From contig CAVUWD010000019.1 in NCBI GenBank assembly GCA_963745025.1, forward strand, positions 288,001 through 352,000: a stretch of DNA of 64,000 nt, in the 5' to 3' direction. This document shows, in pieces, positions 51,700-61,904 of the stretch. This stretch comes from an uncultured delta proteobacterium. GTDB taxonomy: Bacteria; Desulfobacterota; Binatia; JACPRU01. Both the position numbers and the translations under genes were made by a program. Positions within the stretch are counted from its first letter, which is position 1. Each line of letters opens with the position of its first letter. The notes below the pieces were generated by a model, which saw nothing but the letters and a program-made list of their open reading frames with translations, ran no database searches and was not told where the DNA came from.

Positions 51700-52312
51700 C
51701 TGGCGCCGAAGACAATCGCACGCAACGCCAGATCGAGATCCGCGCTGGGCGTGACGATGACGGCGTTGTTGCCGCCGAGTTCGAGGATGGTCCGGCCAAA
51801 GCGGGCGTGGACGACGGCGGTAACCTTCTTCCCCATCGCGCATGAGTCGGTGGCGGAGACGAGCGGCACACGCGAATCGGCGGCGAGAGATTGGCCGACC
51901 GTCTTCGCGTTGCCGGTGAGCAGTGTGAAGAGGGCGGGGTCCGCGCCCGTCTCGCGGCAGACGCGCTCGGCGATGCGGGTGACCGCGATGGCGCAGAGCG
52001 ACGTTTTGTTCGATGGCTTCCAAAGGCAGGCGTCGCCGCAGACGGCGGCGAGCGCGGAATTCCAGGCCCAGACGGCCACGGGGAAGTTGAACGCGCTGAT
52101 GATGCCGACGAGGCCGAGCGGATGCCATTGCTCTATCAGCCGGTGCCCCGGCCGTTCGCTGGCGATGGTGAGCCCGTAAAGCTGGCGCGAGAGGCCGACC
52201 GCGAAGTCGCAGATGTCGATCATCTCCTGCACCTCGCCTTCGGCTTCGGCGATGATCTTGCCCGTCTCCAGCGTGACGAGTTTGGCGAGGTCGGGCTTGG
52301 CGACGCGCAGCG
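51700..52312 (-). pseudogene. aldehyde dehydrogenase (ALDH7-like) internal fragment
   Basis: GEVQEMIDICDFAVGLSRQLYG, ISAFNFPVAVW, LELGGNNA; both ends missing. Confidence 0.9.
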
Positions 52313-52500
52313 CGTAGAAGCGCAAGCACCACATCGTGGTCGAGCGGTTTAACCATGCACTCCGAGCTCGATGGTCGCGGAGACCTTCGCCTGCTGCTGG
52401 TTTGGGTTTCCCCGGGTTTCCCTTGCGAAAAGAGGCCCGAAGGGACTATCGGCAACTAGTCTTTCAGGGCTCGCCTGCTTGACCACGGCAGGCGCTATCG

Positions 52501-53394
52501 ATGCGTTGCTCAAAGTGTGGCCGGGAGAATCGAACCGGCCGAAGGTTCTGCGCCCATTGCGGCGCTAAACTCACGCTCGTCTGCGCCTCCTGCCAGGCGG
52601 TGAACGAGCCAGGGGAGCAGTTCTGCGGGGACTGCGGACAGCGCATCACTGAGCCCGCGAAAGCTCCGCCACGCCCGGAGCCGCGCAGCTATACCCCGAA
52701 GCATCTCGCCGACAAGATCCTCACCTCCCGTAGCGCCCTCGAGGGCGAGCGCAAGCAAGTCACCGTCTTGTTCGCCGACGTGAAGGGCTCGATGGATCTG
52801 GCCGAGCAGCTCGACCCGGAAGCGTGGCACGAGATCCTCGACCGCTTCTTCCAGATCCTGTCCGACGGCATTCACCGCTTCGAGGGGACGGTCAACCAGT
52901 ACACGGGCGACGGCATCATGGCCCTATTCGGCGCGCCGATTGCTCACGAGGACCATGCTCAACGTGCGTGTTACGCGGCGCTCCACCTTCAGCAGGAGCT
53001 GCGGCGGTATGCAGATGAGATCCGTCTAAAGCACGGCCTCGGCTTCTCGGTCCGTATGGGCCTGAACTCCGGCGAGGTTGTGGTCGGGAAGATCGGCGAC
53101 GATCTGCGCATGGATTACACCGCGCAAGGGCACACTGTCGGGCTCGCGTCGCGGATGGAGCAGATGGCCGATACTGGGAAGTCGCTTCTCACTGGGCACA
53201 CGGCCAAGCTCGTTTCCGGTTACTTCCAACTCCGAGACCTGGGTGAAACCCGCGTCAAGGCGCTGAGCGACCTACTGCATGTCTTCGAGCTCGAGGGTAT
53301 GGACCGGGTGCGGACCCGCCTGGACGTGTCGCGCGCGCGCGGCTTCACCAAGTTCGTCGGCCGCCAGCAGTCGGTCGATCCGTGCCGCAGGTGA
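52501..53394 (+). pseudogene. double zinc-ribbon plus class III adenylate/guanylate cyclase, truncated at the start of the ATPase region
   Basis: Four CxxC pairs, ERKQVTVLFADVKGS, GDGIMALFGAP; ends at FTKFVGR. Confidence 0.88.
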
Positions 53395-53598
53395 CCGTGC
53401 TGTTCGCCGACGTGAAGGGGTCGATGGACCTCGCCGAGCAGGTAGATCCCGAGGAGTGGCACAAGATCATGGATCTGTTCTTCGCGATCCTCTCCGACGG
53501 CGTTCACCGCTTCGAGGGCACGATCAACCAGTACACCGGTGACGGCGTCATGGCCCTTGTCGGTTCGCCAATCGGGCACGAAGATCACGCGCAGCGAG
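53388..53598 (+). pseudogene. second cyclase-domain remnant
   Basis: QVTVLFADVKGSMDLAEQVDPEEWH...GDGVMAL..HEDHAQR. Confidence 0.85.
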
Positions 53599-53674
53599 GG
53601 CGGATTCCGATTGACACTCCCGGCAGCAGGTCCTAGTTTGACTACGCCCTGCCGTAAACAATGGAGAGGGTTCC

Positions 53675-54556
53675 ATGGTTGTAACATTCCATCAGTTACA
53701 TCCCTATTTTGTCGCCGAGGTCAGTCCGGTAGCGTTGCGTAACGTTCATGACCAGGAAACACTTGCGCGGATTCGAGCGGGCATGGACCAGTACGCCGTG
53801 CTCGTATTCCACGATCAGTTTTTGACCGACGATGAGCACATCGCCTTTGCCCAACGTTTCGATGGTCAGTTGCATACCAAAACCGGCATCAGCGCTTTGC
53901 CTGAACACAAGAGCCGTCTCGGCAACGAGGCGTTGGCCGACATCTCGAACGTCGATGAAACTGGCGAGATCCTCAAGTCTGACGATCGGCGACGCATGTA
54001 CCTCCTCGGTAATCGTTTGTGGCATACCGACGCTTCGTTCCAGGACCCGCCTGGTCGCTATTCAATGCTCTCAGCCAAAGTTATTCCTGCCATCGGAGCC
54101 GACACACAATTCGCGGATATGCGGGCGGCATACGACGCACTGCCTGAAGAGATGAAGTCGCAACTGGCAGGACTTCGTGTTCATCACTCGATCGCATACT
54201 CCCGCCAAGTATTGGGGTTCGAGTTTTCCGAAAAAGAGCAAGATATCTTGAAAGGAGCGGTACACCCACTCATTCGCACCCTGTCCGGTTCAGGACGGAA
54301 GTCACTGTATGTTGCATCGCATGCGTCGAAGATTATCGACTGGCCGACGCCCGAAGGGCGGCTGATGCTACGCGAGCTCATCGAACATGCGACTCAGCCA
54401 CAGTTTATCTACCGTCACGTGTGGCGAGAGGGAGATTTGGTAATCTGGGACAATCGCGCCACCATGCATCGAGCGACGCCGTTTGCCGACGGCAAGCATC
54501 GACGTGAACTGCGACGAGTGACAACGCTCGACATCCCGCTGCCTTCCGCACCTTGA
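53675..54556 (+). CDS. TauD/TfdA alpha-ketoglutarate-dependent dioxygenase
   Basis: WHTDASF, TQFADMRAAYDAL, WDNRATMHR. Confidence 0.95.
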   Translation: MVVTFHQLHPYFVAEVSPVALRNVHDQETLARIRAGMDQYAVLVFHDQFLTDDEHIAFAQRFDGQLHTKTGISALPEHKSRLGNEALADISNVDETGEILKSDDRRRMYLLGNRLWHTDASFQDPPGRYSMLSAKVIPAIGADTQFADMRAAYDALPEEMKSQLAGLRVHHSIAYSRQVLGFEFSEKEQDILKGAVHPLIRTLSGSGRKSLYVASHASKIIDWPTPEGRLMLRELIEHATQPQFIYRHVWREGDLVIWDNRATMHRATPFADGKHRRELRRVTTLDIPLPSAP

Positions 54557-54816
54557 TCCGGCAATCGCTACACTCAAGAGCTTCAACACTTCATCGGACA
54601 GTTCGCGCGCTCGGTGGCGAGTGTTTCGACATGCCAGCTCGCTGGATTCATCGCCGCGGTACGCGCCGCTTGCTCCGCCTGCCACTCGGGGCGGCGTTGC
54701 TCCCGATTCCCGGGATTCCTGGTAGGGCCATCGCAGCGCTCTCAGTACTCGGCGAAGATGTCGTCGGGATGGCAGTTCAGCCACCGCTCCCCGGGGGGGC
54801 TGAGGAGGTGCGCGCG

Positions 54817-54907
54817 ATGAAGACACTATCCGCCGAACGGTGTCGCCTGCCGGCGCGACTCGCCGCGAGTAACCGAGGCGGAGATCGCGGAGCTCCGACG
54901 GGAGATC
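54817..54907 (+). pseudogene. pterin-4-alpha-carbinolamine dehydratase N-terminal remnant
   Basis: GAGGAGG RBS; MKTLSAERC-(V)ACRRDSPRVTEAEIAELRREI with a frameshift. Confidence 0.65.
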
Positions 54908-55145
54908 CGCCCGGCGTGCCCGTGGGACGCGCTGCGTGTTTTGCGGTGACAGGAACACCATCCCACCATCACCCCGAGCCGGTTGACGAGCGCCTTGTGC
55001 ACGCCGCAGAAGAGGGCATTCCGAGGCAGAAGTGCGGGGGTCGCCGTGCGTCCGAGATCGAGCCGGCGGGGATAGCGGTATTAGCGGGTCGGCGGAACTG
55101 CCTCGCAAGCGGTCTAGTCTCTGCCGCAACAACGGGAGGAACGCC

Positions 55146-55907
55146 ATGGACTTCGCAGGCAAGCGGGTGGTGATCACCGGATCGTCGCGCGGCATCGGGC
55201 GCGCCGCGGCCGAGGTGTTCCTGGAGGCGGGCGCGCGGGTCGCGCTCAACGGGCGCACGGCGGACTCGACCGCGGCCGGCATCGCCGCCCTGGGCGGCGG
55301 CCGCCACCTGGTCGCGGCACCGGGCGACGTCGCCAGCGTCGCCGGCTGCGAGGCGATCATCGCCGCGGCCGTCGAGGGCCTGGGCGGGCTCGACATCCTG
55401 GTCAACTCGGCCGGGATCGGTTTCTCGCGCCCGATCGGCGAGAGCGATGAGGCGATGTGGGACGCAACCCTCGACATTAACCTGAAGGGCACGTTCTTCT
55501 GCGTGAAGGCGGCGCTGCCGCACTTGCAGGCGGCCAGGGGCAATGTCGTCAACATCGCGTCGGACGCTGGCCTGATCGGCGAGAAGGGCCTTTCGATCTA
55601 CTGCGCATCCAAGGGCGGCGTGGTCAACCTGACCCGCGCCATGGCGCTGGAGCTGGCGCCCGACATCCGGGTCAACTGCGTCTGCCCGGGCTATGTCGAC
55701 ACCGACATGGTGCGCCGCGACGGCATCGAAAAGGCTGCCGACCCGGCCGCCGCCGAGGCAGCGCTCGTCGCCTACGCGCCACTCCGGCGGATCGCCCGGC
55801 CGCGCGAGATCGGCAAGGCGATCGCCTACCTGGCGAGCGCCGATGCGGTCTTCGTCACCGGCGCCGCGCTCGCCATCGACGGCGGCACGACGATCGGCCA
55901 TCCGTAG
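55146..55907 (+). CDS. SDR family oxidoreductase
   Basis: TGSSRGIG, NSAG, YCASK, IDGG. Confidence 0.95.
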   Translation: MDFAGKRVVITGSSRGIGRAAAEVFLEAGARVALNGRTADSTAAGIAALGGGRHLVAAPGDVASVAGCEAIIAAAVEGLGGLDILVNSAGIGFSRPIGESDEAMWDATLDINLKGTFFCVKAALPHLQAARGNVVNIASDAGLIGEKGLSIYCASKGGVVNLTRAMALELAPDIRVNCVCPGYVDTDMVRRDGIEKAADPAAAEAALVAYAPLRRIARPREIGKAIAYLASADAVFVTGAALAIDGGTTIGHP

Positions 55908-56159
55908 CCTTGCAACGCACCCCTCGCCCGCTTGCGGAAGAGGGACGGGTGAGGATCGGCATCTGCGCATCGCGCGGAGGCCGGGCTTCGGGCTAAGCTC
56001 GGGCAAAACGAGCCGAACAGGGAGAGGTCGATGGCCGGACGTGTCGAGGTCTGCCGGGCAGAGGGCGGGCGCGGCCGATGCGGGCGGCCCCGCGGCCGAG
56101 AGGATCGGCGCACGCGACCGAGAGGAGATGGACCGACACTGGCGGGACCAGCAGGGACG

Positions 56160-56412
56160 TCATGCCGGAGAGCTCGCAATGGCGAGATCCGCGACGATCC
56201 GCACACTCGGGAGGCGACGAAACACCTCGGGAGAGATCTTGATCTTCGCCGACCGGTCGCCGCTGCCGAGGATAACGTAGTCGAGATCCATCAACTGCTC
56301 ATCAACGTAGATCGGGAGATCTCTTGGTAGGGCGAGCATGGTGACGCCGCCGATCGCCATGCCCGTGAGCTCCCGGGCCTCCTCCGGCTTGGCGAAGGAG
56401 AGCCGGGCCAGC
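56160..56412 (-). pseudogene. YbaK/EbsC family C-terminal remnant
   Basis: LSFAKPEEARELTGMAIGGVT..LP.DLPIYVD..VILGSGDRSAKI. Confidence 0.8.
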
Positions 56413-56626
56413 GTATCTTTGCTGATTTTTTCCATTCCGTCGCGTTCCCGCCAACCCCGAGTGATCGAGCGCACCACGAGTAGCCTCCCCGGCGTCCCGC
56501 TGCTGGGCGGCCGCACGCCCTCCGCGCCTTGACTAAAGGTGTTCGCCGGATTGACGATACGCACAGAGCAGCGCCGAATTATCGTAAGAGTCAGAGAGCC
56601 TCTGGTCGTCGCGGAGGAGTGAAACG

Positions 56627-56716
56627 ATGGACTGCATGGTCGTCGGCCTTGTGTGTTTCGCGGTCGGCTTCGCGGTCGCGGTGTTTCTTGCGGTCGTGTT
56701 TCGCTGGGGAGATTAG
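56627..56716 (+). CDS. 29-aa single-TM small protein candidate
   Basis: GGAGGAG RBS; MDCMVVGLVCFAVGFAVAVFLAVVFRWGD. Confidence 0.45.
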   Translation: MDCMVVGLVCFAVGFAVAVFLAVVFRWGD

Positions 56717-56967
56717 GACGCCGCCGCGCTCGGCGGCTCGTGACCGGGGCGCGGTCCCGGCGAAACGCGCGAAGCCGCAGGTAGCGGCGACTTTCGCCTT
56801 TACTTCGCCCACGCCTCGACTTAGTAGCCCGCCGTGGCGAGGGTGTTGCCACCGATCACGCTGAACGGAGTCACGTACCGGGTACTGCGTCTCGACGGTA
56901 GCACTCCCGACGCGTCGCCGGCGACGCCGGGGGGTCGCTGGCTCCAAGGTAGCCTATCGTTCCCTGC

Positions 56968-57270
56968 TTGACGCAGTGGGCTCCTCTGCGGTTCTATTGC
57001 CCGTTGAGCCTTAACTTCCTTCGCGCTGAGCACCACGAAGTTTCTCGGTCAAGCCCCGAGCAACGACTCTGGACTGCGGCCCTCCATGACGCGGTGAAAA
57101 TCTGCCGCGGCCAGACGCCCGCGTCGGACGACGACAGGCGAAGAGCGATAGCCTGGTTCGCTCGCAAGTCGGATGACGTGGCAAGCTTTGACTGGTGCTG
57201 CCGCGTGATCGGGATCGAGCCTTCCGCTGCGCACGTCTGCGTCCAAGGCGTGGCAAAGATCAGCCGCTAG
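56968..57270 (+). CDS. conserved hypothetical protein; start uncertain
   Basis: SPEQRLWTAALHDAV..A.AWF..D.ASF.W.C..IGIEP pattern, recalled from Binatia-like genomes. Confidence 0.5.
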   Translation: MTQWAPLRFYCPLSLNFLRAEHHEVSRSSPEQRLWTAALHDAVKICRGQTPASDDDRRRAIAWFARKSDDVASFDWCCRVIGIEPSAAHVCVQGVAKISR

Positions 57271-58058
57271 GACAGGCCCGCCCGCCGCCGACTACTTCGC
57301 CAGCCGAGGGAAGACTCGAGACATCGACGACGGGTCCGTGCGGGATCCGCAAACGAGATGCACCGCCCCTGCCGGATGAGATAGCCGCGCCATCGCGTCT
57401 AGAGCCCGTCTGCGGCACTTGGCGCGCTCGGACGGCCCGTTTCAGCGCCTTCATCCCGTGGGATTGCTGGGGGTAGAGGCGTTCCTCGCGCCGTGGATCG
57501 GGGATCATAGAGGAAGGCCGTATGGTACAAGGGCGCGCGAGCATACGCCGCACTGTCAATGCTGGGAGCCTGTCGGCAAACGGCAGACCGATAGCCCACG
57601 GCAGGGGTGGCCTCCGACGCGAACTGAGCTAGACTTCTTCCGCTATTATAGACAAGTGGATCACTGACTTTGGGCCTTGGATCGTTTCAGGTTGGAGGGA
57701 GCCGAATCAACCCCAGACCTCATAGTGTTGCCATATTCTGATTCACTTCATCGCAGCTACCGGGCAGCAACTCATTGTCGAGATCGAAGGCGAGCCTGGC
57801 GCGGATGTGACACGCGCCGGTCGAACGCAAGGCGGAAGCATGGACGAACCGCTCGAGACCGGATGCGATCTCGACGAACGCGCCGAAGGACTCGAGGCAG
57901 CGGACTCTTGCCTTGCCACGCTCTCACCGTGAGGAAAACGCTCGAGCGCTCCGGCGGGGGTCAGCAGCGAGCGCGCTCAGCGATCGGCCGAAGCGGCTGC
58001 GGCCACCCGTCTAGTCGGGCTCGAGCTTCAGCACCTTTGCCTGACAATCTGGCCGACC

Positions 58059-58565
58059 TCAAGAGCTTCGCCCCCCGAGACGTTCATCCACAGCGAGCTC
58101 GAGCGCCCCGAGCGCTTGCACGTACTCGACCGGCAAGCCGTGCCGGCGGGCGCCGTCGAGCAGCAAGCCAAGGTACCGCGAGGAAGGCTTCCGTCCTGCC
58201 GATGCGAAGGAAGATCGATAGGTGAACGCGTCCACCCGCTCTTTATCGACACAGAGCAGTACCGGTGTTCTCTCGTAGAGCCCTCTCGGAACGCCCTCAG
58301 CCCGATCGAGGCGGTCACATTCCGAAGCACCGAGAAGATAGGCGACGCCCCAGATGTGCGCCCCGGCCACGAGCTCGACGTTCGCCACTCCGCGCTCCCC
58401 CGGGCCCACGGGAATGCTGAAGCACAGACGATAGCCCTCGAGCCGCGCGCGCTGGGTGGCGAGCGGATGCATGCCCCGCCGTTCGACGAAGATCGCCGGG
58501 CTCATGTTGCTGCCGTAGGCGAAATACCAGAGGGCATTGCCCGGGGCGTCGTTTGGCTCGGACAC
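58059..58565 (-). CDS. gamma-glutamylcyclotransferase family protein
   Basis: WYFAYGSNM, LDRAEG, PSSRYL. Confidence 0.9.
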   Translation of the reverse strand: MSEPNDAPGNALWYFAYGSNMSPAIFVERRGMHPLATQRARLEGYRLCFSIPVGPGERGVANVELVAGAHIWGVAYLLGASECDRLDRAEGVPRGLYERTPVLLCVDKERVDAFTYRSSFASAGRKPSSRYLGLLLDGARRHGLPVEYVQALGALELAVDERLGGRSS

Positions 58566-58696
58566 GTGCGGCTCCAGGCATCATCATGGTTGAGCGGCGG
58601 ATCGATTCAAGCTGGGCCCCGTCCGGCCGACAGGCGCTGAGGTGAAGCCCTCGCTCGCCGCGAACAACCCGGGTCGAGCATGACGGCATCCCCGGG

Positions 58697-59071
58697 TCAG
58701 CAGGTCGAGTGAAACAGTCCGCCAACCCGATCCGTCTCGACCAGCCGATTGTAGACTGGGACGGCTTCCTCGGTCTGTAGGACGTGAACGGCTATGCCTC
58801 GATCGCTAAGCAGCTTGAGCGTCTCGGGGCAGACCCGAAGCCGCTCGTACACGCCCTTGGTGAGCACGACCACCGTGGCGCCGTGCTCCAGCAACTCGGT
58901 GACGTCGGAGGGCTGGATTCCGGGCACGTGCGCAGTACCGGTCTCCGACCAATCCCACTCTCTCGCTCCGCCGGGAAAGAGCTTGGCGTCCTTGAAGGCG
59001 GGCCGACCATCGACCTCGAGGTGGCCCCAGGAAAGATGGGTGATCCTCGGAGAACGAGTGCTGCGGTTCAT
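58697..59071 (-). CDS. Mth938/AAMDC-like protein
   Basis: FKDAKLFPGG..EWDWSETGT.H.PGIQ..GGLFHSTC. Confidence 0.92.
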   Translation of the reverse strand: MNRSTRSPRITHLSWGHLEVDGRPAFKDAKLFPGGAREWDWSETGTAHVPGIQPSDVTELLEHGATVVVLTKGVYERLRVCPETLKLLSDRGIAVHVLQTEEAVPVYNRLVETDRVGGLFHSTC

Positions 59072-59295
59072 GTTCCCGAGCTCCGTTCAGACTGCCGTGA
59101 TCGAACGGCTTGAGCCTACGCTTGCTGCTCCGGCTTTTGCTCCGCCCGCTCTTCCGGTGCCGCCGGCTTCGAAAGCTCCTTCGGAGGCGAGGTGCCCTCG
59201 TTGAGCGCCTTCGGTGTTACCCCACAGAAGCAAGGCGCAGAACCAAGTTTCATGGACCGCTAAAATACAATCGTGATATCAGGTACTTAATTTGA

Positions 59296-59321
59296 TGGTC
59301 GCACCTGGACTCGAACCAGGG
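59296..59321 (-). other. tRNA 3' fragment (T-arm plus acceptor strand), att-like
   Basis: CCTGG-TTCGAGT-CCAGG-TGCGACC-A; no D arm or anticodon arm upstream. Confidence 0.7.
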
Positions 59322-60004
59322 AGACGGCCGAAGGCGACGTGGCGCGCCTCATCCTGCATGACGTACGCGTTGACCGCCGCCGCGAGCGCGTTCTTTGCAG
59401 TGTCGCGAATACCGGCGAACGCTGCGAGCGCGAGCCCCTCGATCAGCACCTGCATGCCGAGGTACGTCATGTCCCAGCACGAATCCGAAAGCACGTCGTT
59501 GAAGAGGCGTTTGAGCGTCGGCGTGATCGGATAGGCGAGCTCGAACTTCTCGTGCAGGAGGCGGGAGTATGTCTCGACGTGACGCGCCTCGTCGATCACC
59601 TGCGTGGCGGCGTAGAACTTGGAATCGATGTTCGGCACCTGCTGGACGATCTTCGCCGTGCACACGAGCGCGCCCTGCTCGCCGTGCAGGAACTGCGAGT
59701 TCGACCACGCCTGCACGTGGCGGCGGAGATTGGTGCGCTCCTTCTTCGTGAGCCTCTCCTAGACTTTCGATCCGTAGATCGAGATCGTCTCGTCGGGCAG
59801 CTCTTGAGGGTTTTCCGGGTCCAGGTCCTGCGACCAATCGATTCGTTGGTTCGTGTTCCACTGCAGGTTCTTGCCCTTCTCGTAGAGCTTGAGGAGGGCA
59901 TCGCGTCCGTTCTCGTATTCCCACTCGAATGTGGTCGGGAATGCGGAATCGACGATCCACTCGGCCTTCTCGATGGGGACGGCGTAACGCGTCGTTGTGC
60001 TCAT
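59322..60004 (-). pseudogene. AurF-like ferritin/diiron protein with an internal TAG and 3' truncation
   Basis: SQFLHGEQGAL, DEARHVE, IEGLAL and DEARHVAFG motifs; TAG at 59759-59761; cut by the tRNA fragment. Confidence 0.88.
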
Positions 60005-60142
60005 CTCGTGAAGCTAGTCGCCCGCGCGGCGGGTCAAACCGTCACTCTGTGTGGGCGACCCCGTTCCGAATCGAGCGCGCTGCTCTCGCGGCTCTCAGGC
60101 CGGCCCCTCGTTCCACTGGCGGACTCGGCGCCGTCGCCCAAA

Positions 60143-60694
60143 TCAGCGCGGAAATCGCGCCCCATAGGATTCGATCGGCAGCCGCAACGCGTTCGCGAGG
60201 AACGAGACCGTGTGATAGAAGCCGGCGAGCACGATCAGCTCGAGCAGCTGCTCGTCTGAAAATTCCACCGTCAACTCGCGCCATAGCGCATCGTCGATCG
60301 TCGCCGTTTCGTGCAGGGCGTCGGCGAGCCGGACGACGAGCCGCTCGCGCCGGCTCCAAGCGGGATCATCGGCGCCGCCTTCTTTCGTCGCGCGAATCTG
60401 CTCCGGTGTGAGCCCAGCCTTCTCGGCGAAGAACGCCACGTGCACGCCCCACTCGTATTCCGAGCCGCAGCGCGCGGTCGTGCGGTCGATCATGATCTCG
60501 CGCTCGTGCAAGCGGATCGATCCTTTGTCGAGGAGGCCGCCCGCCATGAAGCGCTGGAAAACGCGCGGGTTCCTCGCCAACGTCGTGAATAGCACGAGCG
60601 GCGCCACTCCCTCGGGCATGATTCGCTGGAGCACGGACTGAATCTCCGGTCCGAATGGCGGCTGAGCGGGAACGATCCTTCCCTCGACATCCAT
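60143..60694 (-). CDS. carboxymuconolactone decarboxylase/AhpD family protein
   Basis: REIMIDRTTARCGSEYEWGVH, LADALH, GFYH. Confidence 0.88.
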   Translation of the reverse strand: MDVEGRIVPAQPPFGPEIQSVLQRIMPEGVAPLVLFTTLARNPRVFQRFMAGGLLDKGSIRLHEREIMIDRTTARCGSEYEWGVHVAFFAEKAGLTPEQIRATKEGGADDPAWSRRERLVVRLADALHETATIDDALWRELTVEFSDEQLLELIVLAGFYHTVSFLANALRLPIESYGARFPR

Positions 60695-60757
60695 TTTCTA
60701 TCCTCCATCGCGACGGCGCGAACGACCACGCACCTAGATGCAATCGTCGCGGCATTG

Positions 60758-60799
60758 TGCTCTAAACGATAGAGCATGGATGCTCTAGAAAGTAAAGCG
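60758..60799. promoter_or_regulatory. tandem HxlR-type operators
   Basis: Perfect TGCTCTA-N5-TAGAGCA (60758-60776) and degenerate TGCTCTA-N5-TAAAGCG (60781-60799). Confidence 0.7.
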
Positions 60800-60801
60800 T
60801 A

Positions 60802-61140
60802 TTGAATACCGCCGCCCGCCTCCCTCGACCCGGAACGCCGGTCCGCGGCTCGGGTAGCGGCAGACCGATCATGGCGCTCCTCGACCTGCTCGGCCGGCGT
60901 TGGGCACTGAGGCTCGTCTGGGAGCTGCGGGACCGACGCCTGAACTTCCGCGACCTGCTCGGGCTGTTGGGTGGCAATTCTGGCGCTCTGAACACTCGCA
61001 TCAAGGAGCTGCGCCATGCGGGGATCGTCGATCATCTGGATGGTCACGGCTACGGCCTGACGCCCGAAGGCAAGAAGCTTCTCGAAAGTCTGTGGCCCCT
61101 CCATCGCTGGGCCGAACGCTGGGCCAAGAGGGAGAGCTGA
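60802..61140 (+). CDS. HxlR family winged-helix regulator
   Basis: LDLLGRRWALRLVWEL..F..L..LNTRIKEL..YGLTPEG. Confidence 0.9.
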   Translation: MNTAARLPRPGTPVRGSGSGRPIMALLDLLGRRWALRLVWELRDRRLNFRDLLGLLGGNSGALNTRIKELRHAGIVDHLDGHGYGLTPEGKKLLESLWPLHRWAERWAKRES

Positions 61141-61186
61141 TTCCGCTCCGCATTCTCGCCCAGTGCGCGAGCGCCGGCGGCAGGGG

Positions 61187-61510
61187 CTAGAAGCTAGGCG
61201 GCGGCTCGAAGCCGCCGCCGACGTCGGCGAGGCGGCGGGCGAAGTCGATCGCGGTGCGGTCCCGGAGGTATGGCGCGACGACCTGCACGCCGACCGGCAA
61301 CCCGCGCCGCGTCCGGCCAACCGGTGCCGCTACCGCCGGCAAATACGCCGCGGTGATCGCGGCGGCCCAGGCCACCTGATCGCAATACCCCAATGGCCTG
61401 CCGTCGACGAGGACCGTACGGTCGGCGGCCGGCTCGCTGTGATCGTGCCGTAGCGCGGCGGTGGGCATGACCGGACAGAGCAGCACGTCGAAGTCTCGAA
61501 AGATCGCCCG
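61187..61510 (-). pseudogene. amidase C-terminal remnant
   Basis: FRDFDVLLCPVMPTAA..LPAVAAPVG..GLPVGVQVVAPY..D. Confidence 0.85.
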
Positions 61511-61655
61511 TAATGAGCCCGGCGGGCCAAAGATCATCCGATGGATGGCAAGAAGGGGGTATAAGCCGCGATCAGGACGGAGGAGGTATCCATGGAAACT
61601 GGCAAGCTCTGGATCGTCAGAAACGGGACGCAAGGTGTTCCGGGGAGAGATTGCC

Positions 61656-61904
61656 GTGACACCCGAGCTGATCCTGCACCATTACGACTTCTCATGTTTT
61701 TCGGAGAAGGTTCGCCTAGTGCTGGGAATGAAGGGCCTTCGATGGCGCTCGGTTTCAATTCCGTCGATTTTGCCGAAGCCGGACTACGTGCCGCTCACCG
61801 GAGGCTATAGGCGCGCACCCGCTCTCCAGATCGGTGCAGACATATTCTGCGACTCGGTGCGAATCGTCGAGGAATTGGAGGAGCGTTTCCCCGAACCGTC
61901 CTAG
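61656..61904 (+). pseudogene. glutathione S-transferase N-terminal domain only
   Basis: ILHHYDFSCFSEKVRL..PKPD..LTGGYRRAPALQIGADIFCDS; stops after ERFPEPS. Confidence 0.85.

Noticed and set aside
59250-59370. Complete tRNA gene
   Set aside because: Only the T-arm and 3' acceptor strand are present; the upstream sequence is protein-coding.
59759-59761. In-frame TAG in the AurF-like gene as possible pyrrolysine or read-through
   Set aside because: Best explained as TGG to TAG at a likely Trp; the gene is also 3'-truncated and no pyl genes are visible.
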